Notes under the pieces: model-generated
What the model was told of the DNA's origin: nothing
Databases searched by the model: none
The model's input: the letters and a program-made list of their open reading frames with translations, nothing else
Assembly (NCBI GenBank): GCA_963817955.1
Contig: CAWFQK010000002.1
Coordinates: 288,001-352,000, forward strand
DNA length: 64,000 nucleotides
Source: an uncultured Gemmatimonadaceae bacterium
GTDB taxonomy: Bacteria > Gemmatimonadota > Gemmatimonadetes > Gemmatimonadales > Gemmatimonadaceae
Direction of reading: 5' to 3'
Position numbers and translations under genes: made by a program
In this document: positions 9,389 to 18,551 of the stretch, in pieces
Numbering within the stretch: position 1 is the first letter of the stretch
Layout: each line of letters opens with the position of its first letter

Positions 9389-10261
9389 CTACTGCACGTC
9401 GAGCCGGTTCCCATGAATGCAGGCGGTTTCCCCCGCGTGTAACGCGCGTCCCGCTCCGTAGCTCGCCGACTCACTCTCGATGATCGCACTGCCCTGGTGC
9501 ACCTCGATCACCGTCGCCTCCCGCCCACCGCGGATGGTGTACCGTCCTGGCAACAGATCGACATGCACGCGGGTCGTGGAGATCCCAAAGAGCGAGTGGC
9601 GCGCCCCGTTCACGGCAATCTCGATGTCGCCCTGCAGGAACCCGGCGCGCGTGAACGCCGCACCCCGCGCGATGGGGGCATAGATGAATGTGCTTCCCGG
9701 CATGAGCATGAGATTCGAGCTGTCCGGAAGGATCAGACGCTGCGCGGCGCCACCGGCGGGAACACACCACTCCGTGGTGCCCCACCGTTGCCGCTCGCAC
9801 GACGTCTGCGGCAGTGGCCGCGACGCGATCGCCCGCGCCAGGGCATAGCTCCCACTGCCCACGCCGCCGACACGCAGCACGAGCGCCGCGAGGCCAACCG
9901 TCTGCGGTAGGTACCGCCAATACCGCAGCCGGTCCCACGCGCTGTGGTCGCCCAACAGTCGATGCGAGAACACGTCGGTACGCGCCAGCCCCGCCGCTTC
10001 AGTGATCTGGTCCCAGCCCGCCTGTGCCGCCGCACGTTGGCGTGCCGATTCGTCGAGCGGCACGGTGCTCTTGATGAACGTGATGGTCTCTATCCATTCG
10101 CCGACCCGCGCGTCGAAGACCGCTTCACGTTGCATTCTGGCCTCTACGCCATGTGCCGCTTCCGCGTCAAGCATGCCCCGCGCGTATTCCATCGCCAGGA
10201 TGTCGTCGTGAGTCACGACGCCTTCGCCATCAGTGTGGATGATATCCATACGATTATGCAT
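9389..10261 (-). CDS. FecR-like anti-sigma factor (N-terminal anti-sigma helix, TM segment, FecR-like beta domain)
   Basis: Y..G.L...EA..VE.R, then LILPDSS.L.L.PGS, ..L.G.I.. and T.IEVHQGSA.I. Lies directly downstream of, and overlaps, the sigma gene. Confidence 0.7.
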   Translation of the reverse strand: MHNRMDIIHTDGEGVVTHDDILAMEYARGMLDAEAAHGVEARMQREAVFDARVGEWIETITFIKSTVPLDESARQRAAAQAGWDQITEAAGLARTDVFSHRLLGDHSAWDRLRYWRYLPQTVGLAALVLRVGGVGSGSYALARAIASRPLPQTSCERQRWGTTEWCVPAGGAAQRLILPDSSNLMLMPGSTFIYAPIARGAAFTRAGFLQGDIEIAVNGARHSLFGISTTRVHVDLLPGRYTIRGGREATVIEVHQGSAIIESESASYGAGRALHAGETACIHGNRLDVQ

Positions 10262-10967
10262 GATCGCTCCTCCGCATGCTCGTCGTCCGCGGCGCGCCCG
10301 CCGAGATGAGCGATTGCTGACCCAGGGGCAAGCGGCCCGCCTGGTATTCGTTTCGGACGGCCAGAAGCTCGGCGCGCAGCTCGCACACGATGTGCGTCAC
10401 CCGGCCCGGCGTGATGCCGAGAGCGGCGGCGGCGTCCCGATGTGGCATCTCGCGATGAAAGACCAACTCATAGACTCTGCGTTGCTGCTTGGTCAGGTTC
10501 CCGACGCCTGCCTGGATGGCCGTCCAATACTCGGCGTCCACCAACGCGGCATCTGGCCCATCGACCAGGACCGCATCGGGGTATGTCGTCAGGCTCACGG
10601 TGCGCCATCCACCCTGCCGTGCGTTGTCCCGACGTGCATCCTTCAGCTGGTTGCCGGTCGCCTGTTTGACGTAGGAGAAGAACTCTGCCTTGTGCTCGAA
10701 GCACGCGCCCTCGTCGCACCTCTTCAGGACCTTCAGAATGACCTTCACGGCGATATCCCACGCCTCGTCTTCCAGGGCGCCTGCCTTGCGGGCCGTGCGA
10801 AACGCCGCGTCGTACGCCTCTTTGAGGCGAGCGTCGAACAGTGGATCCAGCTTTGCGGTCGATGGTACCGGCAGGAGCGGTGGCTCCTCGACGTTGACAT
10901 CGTGCATACAGTACTCGTCCGGGTGGACCGGTGGACGGTAGAGAGGCAAGGTCGGGGTCGGCGGCAT
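10254..10967 (-). CDS. ECF-type RNA polymerase sigma-70 factor
   Basis: Region 2 (AWDIAVKVILKVL...FFSYV....NQLKD..R) and region 4 (LTKQQRRVYEL.F....HRDAAAALGITPGRV). Confidence 0.85.
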   Translation of the reverse strand: MPPTPTLPLYRPPVHPDEYCMHDVNVEEPPLLPVPSTAKLDPLFDARLKEAYDAAFRTARKAGALEDEAWDIAVKVILKVLKRCDEGACFEHKAEFFSYVKQATGNQLKDARRDNARQGGWRTVSLTTYPDAVLVDGPDAALVDAEYWTAIQAGVGNLTKQQRRVYELVFHREMPHRDAAAALGITPGRVTHIVCELRAELLAVRNEYQAGRLPLGQQSLISAGAPRTTSMRRSDHA

Positions 10968-11121
10968 CGCGTCTGATGTGCCTCTCTACTTGTACTAACG
11001 CCGAAATCGGCAAAACATGTCGGTTTTGGTCAATCGGTCATATTGGCCCTTGCGCCGACCCCCCATTTTCGGAACTAATATATAGAGGCATGTTCATCAC
11101 AGAACGCTCAGGCGCCGCGAT

Positions 11122-11940
11122 GGAGTCGATCGCGCCGAGATCGAATGCGTGCCTGTCGAGATGGGATCGATCGTTGTCTAGCTCGAATGCACGCTTGTGT
11201 AGCTGGAATCGATCATCGTTCAGACCGAATGGACGCGTGTCCAGGTGGGATCGATCGGTGTTGAGATCGAATGCAATCCTGCCCCGAGGGAATTGATCGC
11301 GGTCGAGACCGAATTCCCGCGACTTTACCTGGAATACATTCCTGCTCATAGGGAATCCCTCGCTGTCTCACTCCAACTCACGCCTGCGCAGGTGGAACTC
11401 CCGCCCGTCACGATCGAACGAGCGCCGATCGAGGAGTGACTCCGGCGCATCCAGCTCGCACCAACGACGGATCAGGGCGGAGGCATTCCGGTTCCGATCG
11501 AACACACCGGTGTCGACCGATAATGCCGCCCGCGCCAGTGACAATGCCCCTCGCGCTCCATGGAACCTCTGCTCGCCAAGGCGCCTCTGATGCGCGTACA
11601 CACACATCTCGCGCGCGTCCACCCGCAATCTCCGCTCGGTTCGCTGGAATGATCTGACGTCGACGTGGAATGGTGTCCCGGTCAGGTCGGATTCCTTCCT
11701 GTCGAGAGCGAATCCACGCGCATCCAGGTGTGATTGGTCTGTGGTGAGACGGAACGGCGCCGGCGCAAACACGAACCCGTCGCGTGCAAGAACGAATCGG
11801 TCGCGTGCAAGCATGAACCGCTCGCGACCGACAGCGGACTCACGGCCGTGCAGGATGGAGTAGCGGGCATCCCGCGAGGAGTAGTCCCGGTCAACAGCAA
11901 ACCCTCGCTCATCACCATCGGAGCCTCGGCCCTCGAAGCC
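11122..11940. repeat. Degenerate 21-nt tandem array, about 39 units in strict phase
   Basis: A GAA/GGA-type anchor recurs every 21 nt in most units (11122, 11143, 11164, 11185, 11206 ... 11773, 11794, 11815, 11836, 11857, 11878, 11920) with no shift of register. Confidence 0.85.
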
Positions 11941-12138
11941 TCTCCCGCTCGATCCACGCGGGACTCGTCCGCGCCGACATGGAACAGATCCCTGTCGACA
12001 GGTAATCGATTGTTCTGTAGGACCCAGTCGCGCGGACGCACGAGGGATGGCTGGCGCGGCACGTAGACACGACCAATGCACGCGGCACGTCGCGCTGTCC
12101 CTCGGCGACTCCGACAGGTCTGAAGGCAGCTCCCGCTC

Positions 12139-12262
12139 TTCCGACGACCATTCCGTCATTCCCGACTGCGCTTCCGTCGGTTCCGACGACCATTCCGTCA
12201 TTCCCGACTGCGCTTCCGTCGGTTCCGACGACCATTCCGTCATTCCCGCCGCGCTTCCGTCA
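12139..12262. repeat. Near-perfect 42-bp tandem repeat (2x21-nt sub-units), about 2.9 copies
   Basis: TTCCGACGACCATTCCGTCATTCCCGACTGCGCTTCCGTCGG at 12139 and 12181, with a partial third copy at 12223. Confidence 0.95.
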
Positions 12263-12379
12263 CTTCCGACGGCGATCGCGACACATCTCACGTCTGTTGC
12301 TCTCTCTTCACGCCGGCGCGTCGGGCGCCCGCCGGCGTGCAGTTTTCTTTTGGCGCCCCCATGGCCACTTGGAGGCCAT

Positions 12380-13153
12380 ATGAAATACAGTGAAGGCAGT
12401 ACCCTGGAGACGCTCCGCCGCAGCGACGCATTCATCGCGGCGAATCCCGGCCCGTTCGCCACACTGAGCGGCTCGACGACGCTACGAGAGTTCAGCGACA
12501 CGATCGCGCAACTCACGGCCCACGCGGCGACGCAGGAGGATGGCAGCCGCGCGAGTCGGGGCGAGACGACGCGCCAGCAGGCGCTCCGGGTCGCGCTCCG
12601 CAAGCATCACATGCAGGGCATCGCGGCAGTCGCGAAGATCCGGCTCAAGGCAGTCCCGGACTTCAGCTCGCTGACGATGCCGCGGGCCAATGTCTCGACG
12701 GAGCGGTTGCTCGCTGCGGCGGCGGCCATGGCCGAGGCGTCGCGGCGGCACGAGGCCGTGCTGATCGACGGCGGGCTGTCGACCAATTTCATTGCACGTC
12801 TCGAGGCAGCGGCGGAGACGATGAAGGAATCGCTCGATGGTCGAGCGACATTCGGCGTCCGTCGACGGGGCGCCACGGCAGGACTGTCGATCGAGGAGCA
12901 GCGCGGACGCAACATGATCAAGCTGCTCGATTCGGAACTCCTGCCGCTCATCGGCGCCGACCAGGCCTTGCTCGCCGCCTGGCAGACCGCCAAGCGCATT
13001 CCGCGCAAACCGGGCGTCAAGATCGGGTCTACGACTGCGGCGACGACGCCGCCAGTCACCACCCAACCGGTCACCACATCACCCGTCACCACGCCACCCG
13101 TCACCACGCCACCGGTGACTCCTCCGCCGGCCAGTGAGGTGTCGGCCGCGTAG
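12380..13153 (+). CDS. All-helical hypothetical protein (DUF6261-like architecture) with a Pro/Thr-rich (PVTT)n tail
   Basis: GGAGG RBS at 12371 and ATG at 12380. Amphipathic helices end in ...LLAAWQTAKRI, followed by about five 15-bp PVTTx repeats. Confidence 0.75.
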   Translation: MKYSEGSTLETLRRSDAFIAANPGPFATLSGSTTLREFSDTIAQLTAHAATQEDGSRASRGETTRQQALRVALRKHHMQGIAAVAKIRLKAVPDFSSLTMPRANVSTERLLAAAAAMAEASRRHEAVLIDGGLSTNFIARLEAAAETMKESLDGRATFGVRRRGATAGLSIEEQRGRNMIKLLDSELLPLIGADQALLAAWQTAKRIPRKPGVKIGSTTAATTPPVTTQPVTTSPVTTPPVTTPPVTPPPASEVSAA

Positions 13154-13186
13154 TTCGTCGCACCAGGAGGTCACAATCCGCAGTAC

Positions 13187-13220
13187 ACGCGAACGGCCGC
13201 CCTCGGGCGGCCGTTCGCGT
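13187..13220 (+). terminator. Strong GC hairpin (terminator or processing stem)
   Basis: ACGCGAACGGCCGCCC-TC-GGGCGGCCGTTCGCGT, a 16-bp inverted repeat with only a weak U-tail. Confidence 0.6.
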
Positions 13221-13269
13221 TCCTGGGCCTCTCACTCGCCCATTCCCATTCCCCTATAAAGGATCTCCC

Positions 13270-13560
13270 ATGTTCACCCAGTTCTCCCCTCCCCTGGTCA
13301 CTACCACTGTTGGTCTCGCCGCCGTCGCCACCGCGGCCTTTCGCTTTGGCGTCCACCACGAACGCGGCAACAGTATCAGCCGCCGCGTCAGCCTCGAGCT
13401 CAATCGCTTCCGCGATGAACTGACCAATGGCCTGGCCGCCGTCGAACGCCGCATGCGCAGGTTCGACGACGTCATTGCCTTCGTCTACGACCACAACCGC
13501 CGCCTCGCGCTCCTCGAGCATGGCGTGCGGGTGCATGGCACCCAGGTCGCCGCCACATGA
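13270..13560 (+). CDS. Small membrane-anchored coiled-coil protein (phage lysis-module-like)
   Basis: AAGGA RBS, an N-terminal hydrophobic segment, a heptad-rich C-terminal half and an ATGA overlap with the next gene. Confidence 0.6.
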   Translation: MFTQFSPPLVTTTVGLAAVATAAFRFGVHHERGNSISRRVSLELNRFRDELTNGLAAVERRMRRFDDVIAFVYDHNRRLALLEHGVRVHGTQVAAT

Positions 13561-13856
13561 GCCCGCGCATGACGTTCTCCATTCGACACGGCGTTGCCCT
13601 TGCCCTCAGCTTCGTCCGCGAGCACACGGCCGAGAGCTGCACGCGGCTCTGCGCCATTCTGTGCTGCCTCACCGGCTGCGGGGCCGCGGTCGCGACGCTC
13701 TGGTTCGCCTTCATCAACCCCAGCGCGGCGGCCACGGTCGCCGCGCTGGTGGGAGTGACCTCGGCGCTCATTGCTGCCGGGTGTGTCGCCCTTCTCACCC
13801 GTACCAGAAACCCTGACTGCGCCCTCACCCCTGCTGGCGCCGGAGGTGTGGCATGA
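13557..13856 (+). CDS. Putative holin (small 2-TM protein)
   Basis: 99 aa with two hydrophobic helices, directly upstream of and overlapping a peptidoglycan hydrolase gene. Confidence 0.5.
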   Translation: MSPRMTFSIRHGVALALSFVREHTAESCTRLCAILCCLTGCGAAVATLWFAFINPSAAATVAALVGVTSALIAAGCVALLTRTRNPDCALTPAGAGGVA

Positions 13857-14374
13857 TGCCCGAGAGTCTATATAAGGAAGTGAGCGACGGCGTCCGCCGC
13901 GCCCTGGACTTCGCCCTCACCAACGTGGGGGTGTGCGAAGAGCCCCCTGGCTCGAACCGCGGGCCCGAAATTGACGCCTGGGCCCGCGAGTTCGGCTCTC
14001 CACCAGGGTCCTTCTGGTGTGCACTCGCCGTAGCCAAGGCCCGCAAGATGGGGAATCTTTGGATTCCGCAGGGTAGCGCCGGCTCGTGCGACGAATGGAT
14101 ATACCAGGGGCGTCATGCTGGCGTCATGTCGAACCTGCCACAGCCCGGCGCGGCCGTCGTCTACACGAACAACAAGCGCCTCACCCAAGGCCGCTACGCC
14201 GGCCAGCTCGACGCGGTCCACATTGGGCTCGTCCTCCGCCTCACCCCCAAGCTCCTGTCCATCGAGGGCAACACCACACTCGGCAAGTATGATCGCGAGG
14301 GCTACGTGCAGACGCTCAAGGAGGTAGACCCCACCCGGGTGCTCGGCTTCATCCTGCCGGAGAAACCAGCATGA
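13853..14374 (+). CDS. CHAP-domain peptidoglycan hydrolase (endolysin-like, no signal peptide)
   Basis: VGVCEEPPGSNRGPEID...FWCALAV...PQPG..V...HIGLV......SIEGNT, with the Cys/His/Glu-Asn motifs intact. Confidence 0.85.
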   Translation: MMPESLYKEVSDGVRRALDFALTNVGVCEEPPGSNRGPEIDAWAREFGSPPGSFWCALAVAKARKMGNLWIPQGSAGSCDEWIYQGRHAGVMSNLPQPGAAVVYTNNKRLTQGRYAGQLDAVHIGLVLRLTPKLLSIEGNTTLGKYDREGYVQTLKEVDPTRVLGFILPEKPA

Positions 14375-14973
14375 AGCCAACACTTCTCATCATGACAACG
14401 ACCAACCGCCGGTGGCTCCCCGCCACCGGCGGTGTGGTCCTGGTGCTCGTCGCACTCGCATCGTGGATGCATCGAGCCAACCGCTCGTCGCTGGACGCCA
14501 CGCTTGCAGCACATGAAGAGCGCGCTCGGAACGCCGCGGCGGCAATCCGCGACGCGAAGTCCGCCGCGGAATCGGCAGGCAAGCAGGAGTCGGCCTACGT
14601 GCAGACCGTATCAATAGAACGGGCCCACGCCGGCGCAGTGCGCGTCCGCGCGGACTCGGTGTTCGCTGTCGCGCAAGTGCTGGATACGGCGTTCCGTGAG
14701 GCCTACGTGCTGCGTGACAGCGAAGCCATTGCGTTGCGCGTCCTCGCGGCGGCGCAGGACAGCGCACTGACGTGGGCCGACACGCGTGCAGTCTCGCTCT
14801 CGACGGCGCTCGACATCAGCGAAGTGCGGGCGGCGGACGCCGAGTCGCTGTTAGTGGTGGTCCAACGCAACGCCAGCGAGCAGTGCCGCATCGTGCGAGT
14901 GGTTCCGTGTCCGTCACGACGGGTGATCGCGGTATTGAGTGGGGCAGCGGTGTGGTTGGCGTTGAAGCGGTGA
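14371..14973 (+). CDS. Spanin (Rz)-like protein: N-terminal TM, long Ala-rich coiled coil, Cys pair and hydrophobic C-terminus
   Basis: Position after the endolysin with ATGA overlap, together with the domain architecture. No lipobox seen. Confidence 0.5.
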   Translation: MKPTLLIMTTTNRRWLPATGGVVLVLVALASWMHRANRSSLDATLAAHEERARNAAAAIRDAKSAAESAGKQESAYVQTVSIERAHAGAVRVRADSVFAVAQVLDTAFREAYVLRDSEAIALRVLAAAQDSALTWADTRAVSLSTALDISEVRAADAESLLVVVQRNASEQCRIVRVVPCPSRRVIAVLSGAAVWLALKR

Positions 14974-14978
14974 TAACA

Positions 14979-15081
14979 GGACACGGGACACGGGACACGA
15001 GAAACTCACAACGCACAACTCACAACTGGAAACTCGAAACTCGCCGACCGGTGGGCCGCCCGTTACCGAGCAACAAGCGAC
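14979..15081 (+). repeat. Heptamer-built intergenic element, copy A
   Basis: (GGACACG)3-AGAAACT-(CACAACN)3-GGAAACT-CGAAACT-CGCCGACCGGTGGGCC...; starts 6 nt after the stop at 14973. Confidence 0.9.
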
Positions 15082-15091
15082 CCTCCTCATA

Positions 15092-16744
15092 CTATCTCGG
15101 CTCCGCCGCGCGAAGCTCCAGAACGGTCATTCGCGTATTCATGTGCACGCTCGCCATGGCGGCATCCACGTACGAGCCGCTGCGGTACGCCTGCACGGTG
15201 ATCTGCCCCTCGAAATGCTTAACGCACATCTGGAACTCGCCGTTGCTCCCGGTGATGTATGCCGCGGCCGGATCCAGCGAGAGGCCGCGAAGGACGCTCA
15301 CGACGACAGCCCGCATCGGCGCGCCGCCACGATCGAGCACTCTCCCGGCGACCAGCTGGTAATTCCGTCGCGCGTTCTCGCGTGACATAAGGCATGCGTC
15401 GGCCATGTAGTCGTCGATCGACGGCAATGGCATGGACACGCGCACGAGCGAGTCCCGCACGATCCTAACCACGGTGGTGCTGTCTCGGATCATGCCGAAC
15501 GCGCGAAACGGAGCATCCGTCAGCGCGACGCGATAGGAGCCGGGAAAGATCCCCGTGAGATCGACCGTGCCCAGGGAATCGGTCGTCGCACCGTATGGCG
15601 TACCGAGAAGCCTCATATGGATGCCGGCGCGTGCGTCACCCGAATCACTCGGGATTATCACCGCGTGGAGTTCCCCAAGCGGACCCTTCCACGTGCCACC
15701 GTCGGGCCAATCGGCGCGGGCGAGCTCGCCGCCCACTTCGCGTGCGACGAGCGCTGGGCGGACGACGGGACCGCGCGGCTGGTGGACGGTATCCTCGACG
15801 ACGTCGGGCATCCTCAACGTCCACTGTGTCACGAGGACCGTCCCATTCGGCATGTCGCGAAGAGCGACGCTGCCACCGGGGGCGATTTGCCGCAGTGCGG
15901 GAGCGAGCCCGTCGTAGGAGAAGTCGATCCGATCCAGTCGGCGATGGACCGTGTCCACCCAGAAGGTGCCCTGAATCGCGACCACGTTGCGGCGGTGTTC
16001 CGCGGGCGCGAAGGCCAAGCCGAGCTCGCGCACATCACGATCCGTCGAGCGAACCACGCGAAAGCAGTAACCACGCGCGAAGGCATCGTCGGCCAGGACG
16101 CCGGCGTCAGGCCCGAAGAAGAGCACCTGGTCTCCGCTTCGGCCGGTGAAGCCGGAGTCCACGAGCTGCGATGGCGTACGTGGCGCCGCGAAGGGATTGG
16201 CGGTGGCCGTAGTCGAGTCGAGCGTGACGGCCTGATCCTGGATCGAGCCGTCGCGAAGCCGGCGCTCGAAATGGATGCGGAGCAGGCGGGGACGCGCATC
16301 GTGTCCCGCCACGTCCGCGGCGAGGAGCGCCGCGCGCACCTGCTCCCAGAGCGCCACAGCATCGTGGTCTCCCTCTCTCCGTGCACAGCGGGCGTTGGTG
16401 CGCGACTGCACCGGCGCGAGAAGGGTCGGCAGGCGGAGTAGCGACACGCGTACGACTGTGCCGGAGTCGGCCACACGTGCGATCTCGCGGGGCGCGTAAC
16501 CGATACGCAGCACGCGGAGCTTGGCGACGGCGGCGTGCGAGACCACGAACTCGCCGGTCGTCGCCGTGAGCACTCGTTCGAGTGGCGTCCGCAACGAGTC
16601 GAGTGCGACCACGACGGCGCCGGCCAGGGGCGCGCCGCTCACGCTATCGACGACACGGCCACGGAATTGCTGGGCCGGTGCATTGGCGGACGCGAGGACG
16701 AGGATCATCGCGGCAGCACGTACGATACGGCGGCTGGGCGGCAC
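15092..16744 (-). CDS. Secreted protein with carboxypeptidase-regulatory-like domains
   Basis: Signal peptide, then GRVVDS.SG.PL.GA.V....T...G.F......LR..RIGY.P. Further prealbumin-like repeats lie near the C-terminus. Confidence 0.8.
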   Translation of the reverse strand: MPPSRRIVRAAAMILVLASANAPAQQFRGRVVDSVSGAPLAGAVVVALDSLRTPLERVLTATTGEFVVSHAAVAKLRVLRIGYAPREIARVADSGTVVRVSLLRLPTLLAPVQSRTNARCARREGDHDAVALWEQVRAALLAADVAGHDARPRLLRIHFERRLRDGSIQDQAVTLDSTTATANPFAAPRTPSQLVDSGFTGRSGDQVLFFGPDAGVLADDAFARGYCFRVVRSTDRDVRELGLAFAPAEHRRNVVAIQGTFWVDTVHRRLDRIDFSYDGLAPALRQIAPGGSVALRDMPNGTVLVTQWTLRMPDVVEDTVHQPRGPVVRPALVAREVGGELARADWPDGGTWKGPLGELHAVIIPSDSGDARAGIHMRLLGTPYGATTDSLGTVDLTGIFPGSYRVALTDAPFRAFGMIRDSTTVVRIVRDSLVRVSMPLPSIDDYMADACLMSRENARRNYQLVAGRVLDRGGAPMRAVVVSVLRGLSLDPAAAYITGSNGEFQMCVKHFEGQITVQAYRSGSYVDAAMASVHMNTRMTVLELRAAEPR

Positions 16745-16864
16745 TGGTCGTCGCTTAGTGGTTTGTAAATGAAATGTCGATAGTATGCATGTTACTGCCG
16801 GTCAAGAACTCACAACGTCAGGATGAAGCTGAGCATGTCGGCCGGTCCCCCCCCGTCCAACCCC

Positions 16865-17815
16865 TCAGAAGTGATACATGAAGTCGAGATACGGAAGCCC
16901 AATTCCGACGCTGGACGTTCCGCTTCCAATCGGTCGAAAGACGGCCAGGTCCACCGTTATCTTCTCGCCGAAAAATCGAACCCCTCCGGACAAGAGCTGC
17001 ACGCTGCTCACGGCCACCAGATAATTCTCACTCACAATGCCGATGTGCTTCGACAACCGTCGCTCGCCGCCCAGCATCAGCACCGGCTGGCTGGCGACGT
17101 GGCTGCCGGCGAAACCGTAGCCGAGTCCCGCGGTGACGCTCGCGTCAGCCGATCCGTATGTGCCGGCAGCGTAATAGAGGCCGAACGTGTTCAGCGATTC
17201 CGTGTCCGAGCAGCAGCCAGGAACTCGCACCGCCAACACGCCGGCGGCAACGTCCACGTTGTTGTGCGAATAGAGCCGAACCTTCGGCGTCAAGTAGAAG
17301 AGTTCCTTGTCGAGCCCGATTCCGGGGACCGCCGACAGGCCCCCGCCAATGCTGAACCAGTCGGTGACCCCCACCGCGAATCCGGGAAAAAAGATGTAGT
17401 AGTCGGCGAAGTAGGTCTCGCCGCGCTTCAACATCTTGGCCGTGGGCGCGAAGAGGAGCCGCGTCGCGTTCGGATTCACCGGCCAGTATTCGCCGCCGTG
17501 CATGTCGCCCGAGACGAACCGGACGTCCGCGATGTTCGCGACAGGAATGTCGAGCGTCCCCACGGTCGCTTCCACATGCACGCTGCCTGGTCCAGTGCCG
17601 ACGATGCGGCCGAAGAGCACGGTACCGTCGCGGAGGGTGATCTGCTGGGTCTGCCCGGGCAGTGCAATTGGAAAGCGGTCTCGCGTTGCGGTCGCCACGG
17701 TGTCCTGCGCCTGGACCGTGACCGGTGCGGCACCGAAAGACACGGCGATGAGCAGCACGGCAACGACCCATGAGGTCCTGCATCGACACGAGATTCTGCA
17801 CATGTACGAAGTCAT
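16865..17815 (-). CDS. Hypothetical outer-membrane/secreted protein
   Basis: Signal peptide, alternating beta-strand pattern and C-terminal Phe (YLDFMYHF). GAGAGG RBS before ATG 17815. Confidence 0.7.
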   Translation of the reverse strand: MTSYMCRISCRCRTSWVVAVLLIAVSFGAAPVTVQAQDTVATATRDRFPIALPGQTQQITLRDGTVLFGRIVGTGPGSVHVEATVGTLDIPVANIADVRFVSGDMHGGEYWPVNPNATRLLFAPTAKMLKRGETYFADYYIFFPGFAVGVTDWFSIGGGLSAVPGIGLDKELFYLTPKVRLYSHNNVDVAAGVLAVRVPGCCSDTESLNTFGLYYAAGTYGSADASVTAGLGYGFAGSHVASQPVLMLGGERRLSKHIGIVSENYLVAVSSVQLLSGGVRFFGEKITVDLAVFRPIGSGTSSVGIGLPYLDFMYHF

Positions 17816-17999
17816 GAGACCTCTCTGCGTAGTCGCGAAGAGCCGGCATGGCTTCCTCACCAGTCCGCTTTCACTCGACCGTATCATAGACCGCGCTGTC
17901 CGGTAGCGCCAGCATGGGTGTACGCCGGCTTTTCGCTACCGGCGCGCGCGTCGGTCCAAACCGTGCGTGTCGCGCACATCGGTACCAACTGGAGAGCCT

Positions 18000-18551
18000 A
18001 TGATTCGCCGAATGTTTCTTGCCGCTACGATGGTCGCGCTCGCCGCATGCTCACATAACGTCAGCGTGCGCACACAGGCGGCGCCCGGTTTCAGCGTTGC
18101 CGGCCGTACGACGTTCCGTGTGCTGCAGGCGCCGTCGCCAGTAGGAATCGTGAATAGCAGCGCGTACGATCCCATGCTGGCAAACTCGATCACGAACCAG
18201 GCGCTGCGCCGCGACATCGTTCGCGCCATGGAGGATCGTGGCTATCAACTCGCCACCGACGCCCCTGCGGACCTCGATGTTGCGTTCTACGCTGCGGCGC
18301 AGGAGGCATTGGACATTCATACATACGACTATGGCTACACGTGGCACGGATGGCCGCGCGAATATACAGAGGTCACGAACTACGAAAAGGGAACCGTGAT
18401 CGTAGATCTCGTCGACCCGAGGACCCGCCAGTTGCTATGGCGTGGTCAGGGTGTGGCGGCCGTGTCGACGGATCCGAACAAGTACGTCAACGAGCTCGAC
18501 AAAGTCGTCAACTCCATCGCCAAGCAAATCCCAACGGCAGGATCACGCTGA
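18000..18551 (+). CDS. DUF4136-family lipoprotein
   Basis: Lipobox LAAC and motif Y..GT..VD.VD..T.QL.WRG. Confidence 0.85.
   Translation: MIRRMFLAATMVALAACSHNVSVRTQAAPGFSVAGRTTFRVLQAPSPVGIVNSSAYDPMLANSITNQALRRDIVRAMEDRGYQLATDAPADLDVAFYAAAQEALDIHTYDYGYTWHGWPREYTEVTNYEKGTVIVDLVDPRTRQLLWRGQGVAAVSTDPNKYVNELDKVVNSIAKQIPTAGSR

Noticed and set aside
11071..11100. ECF promoter (GGAACT -35) pointing into the 21-nt array
   Set aside because: No convincing -10 element at the expected spacing; too weak to call.
11368..11370. Selenocysteine/readthrough TGA in the heptad frame
   Set aside because: No Cys-equivalent context or recognisable SECIS, and coding status of the array is itself unproven.
12139..12262. 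CRISPR array
   Set aside because: The repeats are contiguous, with no unique spacers.
7194..14973. Intact prophage
   Set aside because: No integrase, terminase, portal, capsid, tail or replication genes, and no att-like repeats recognised.
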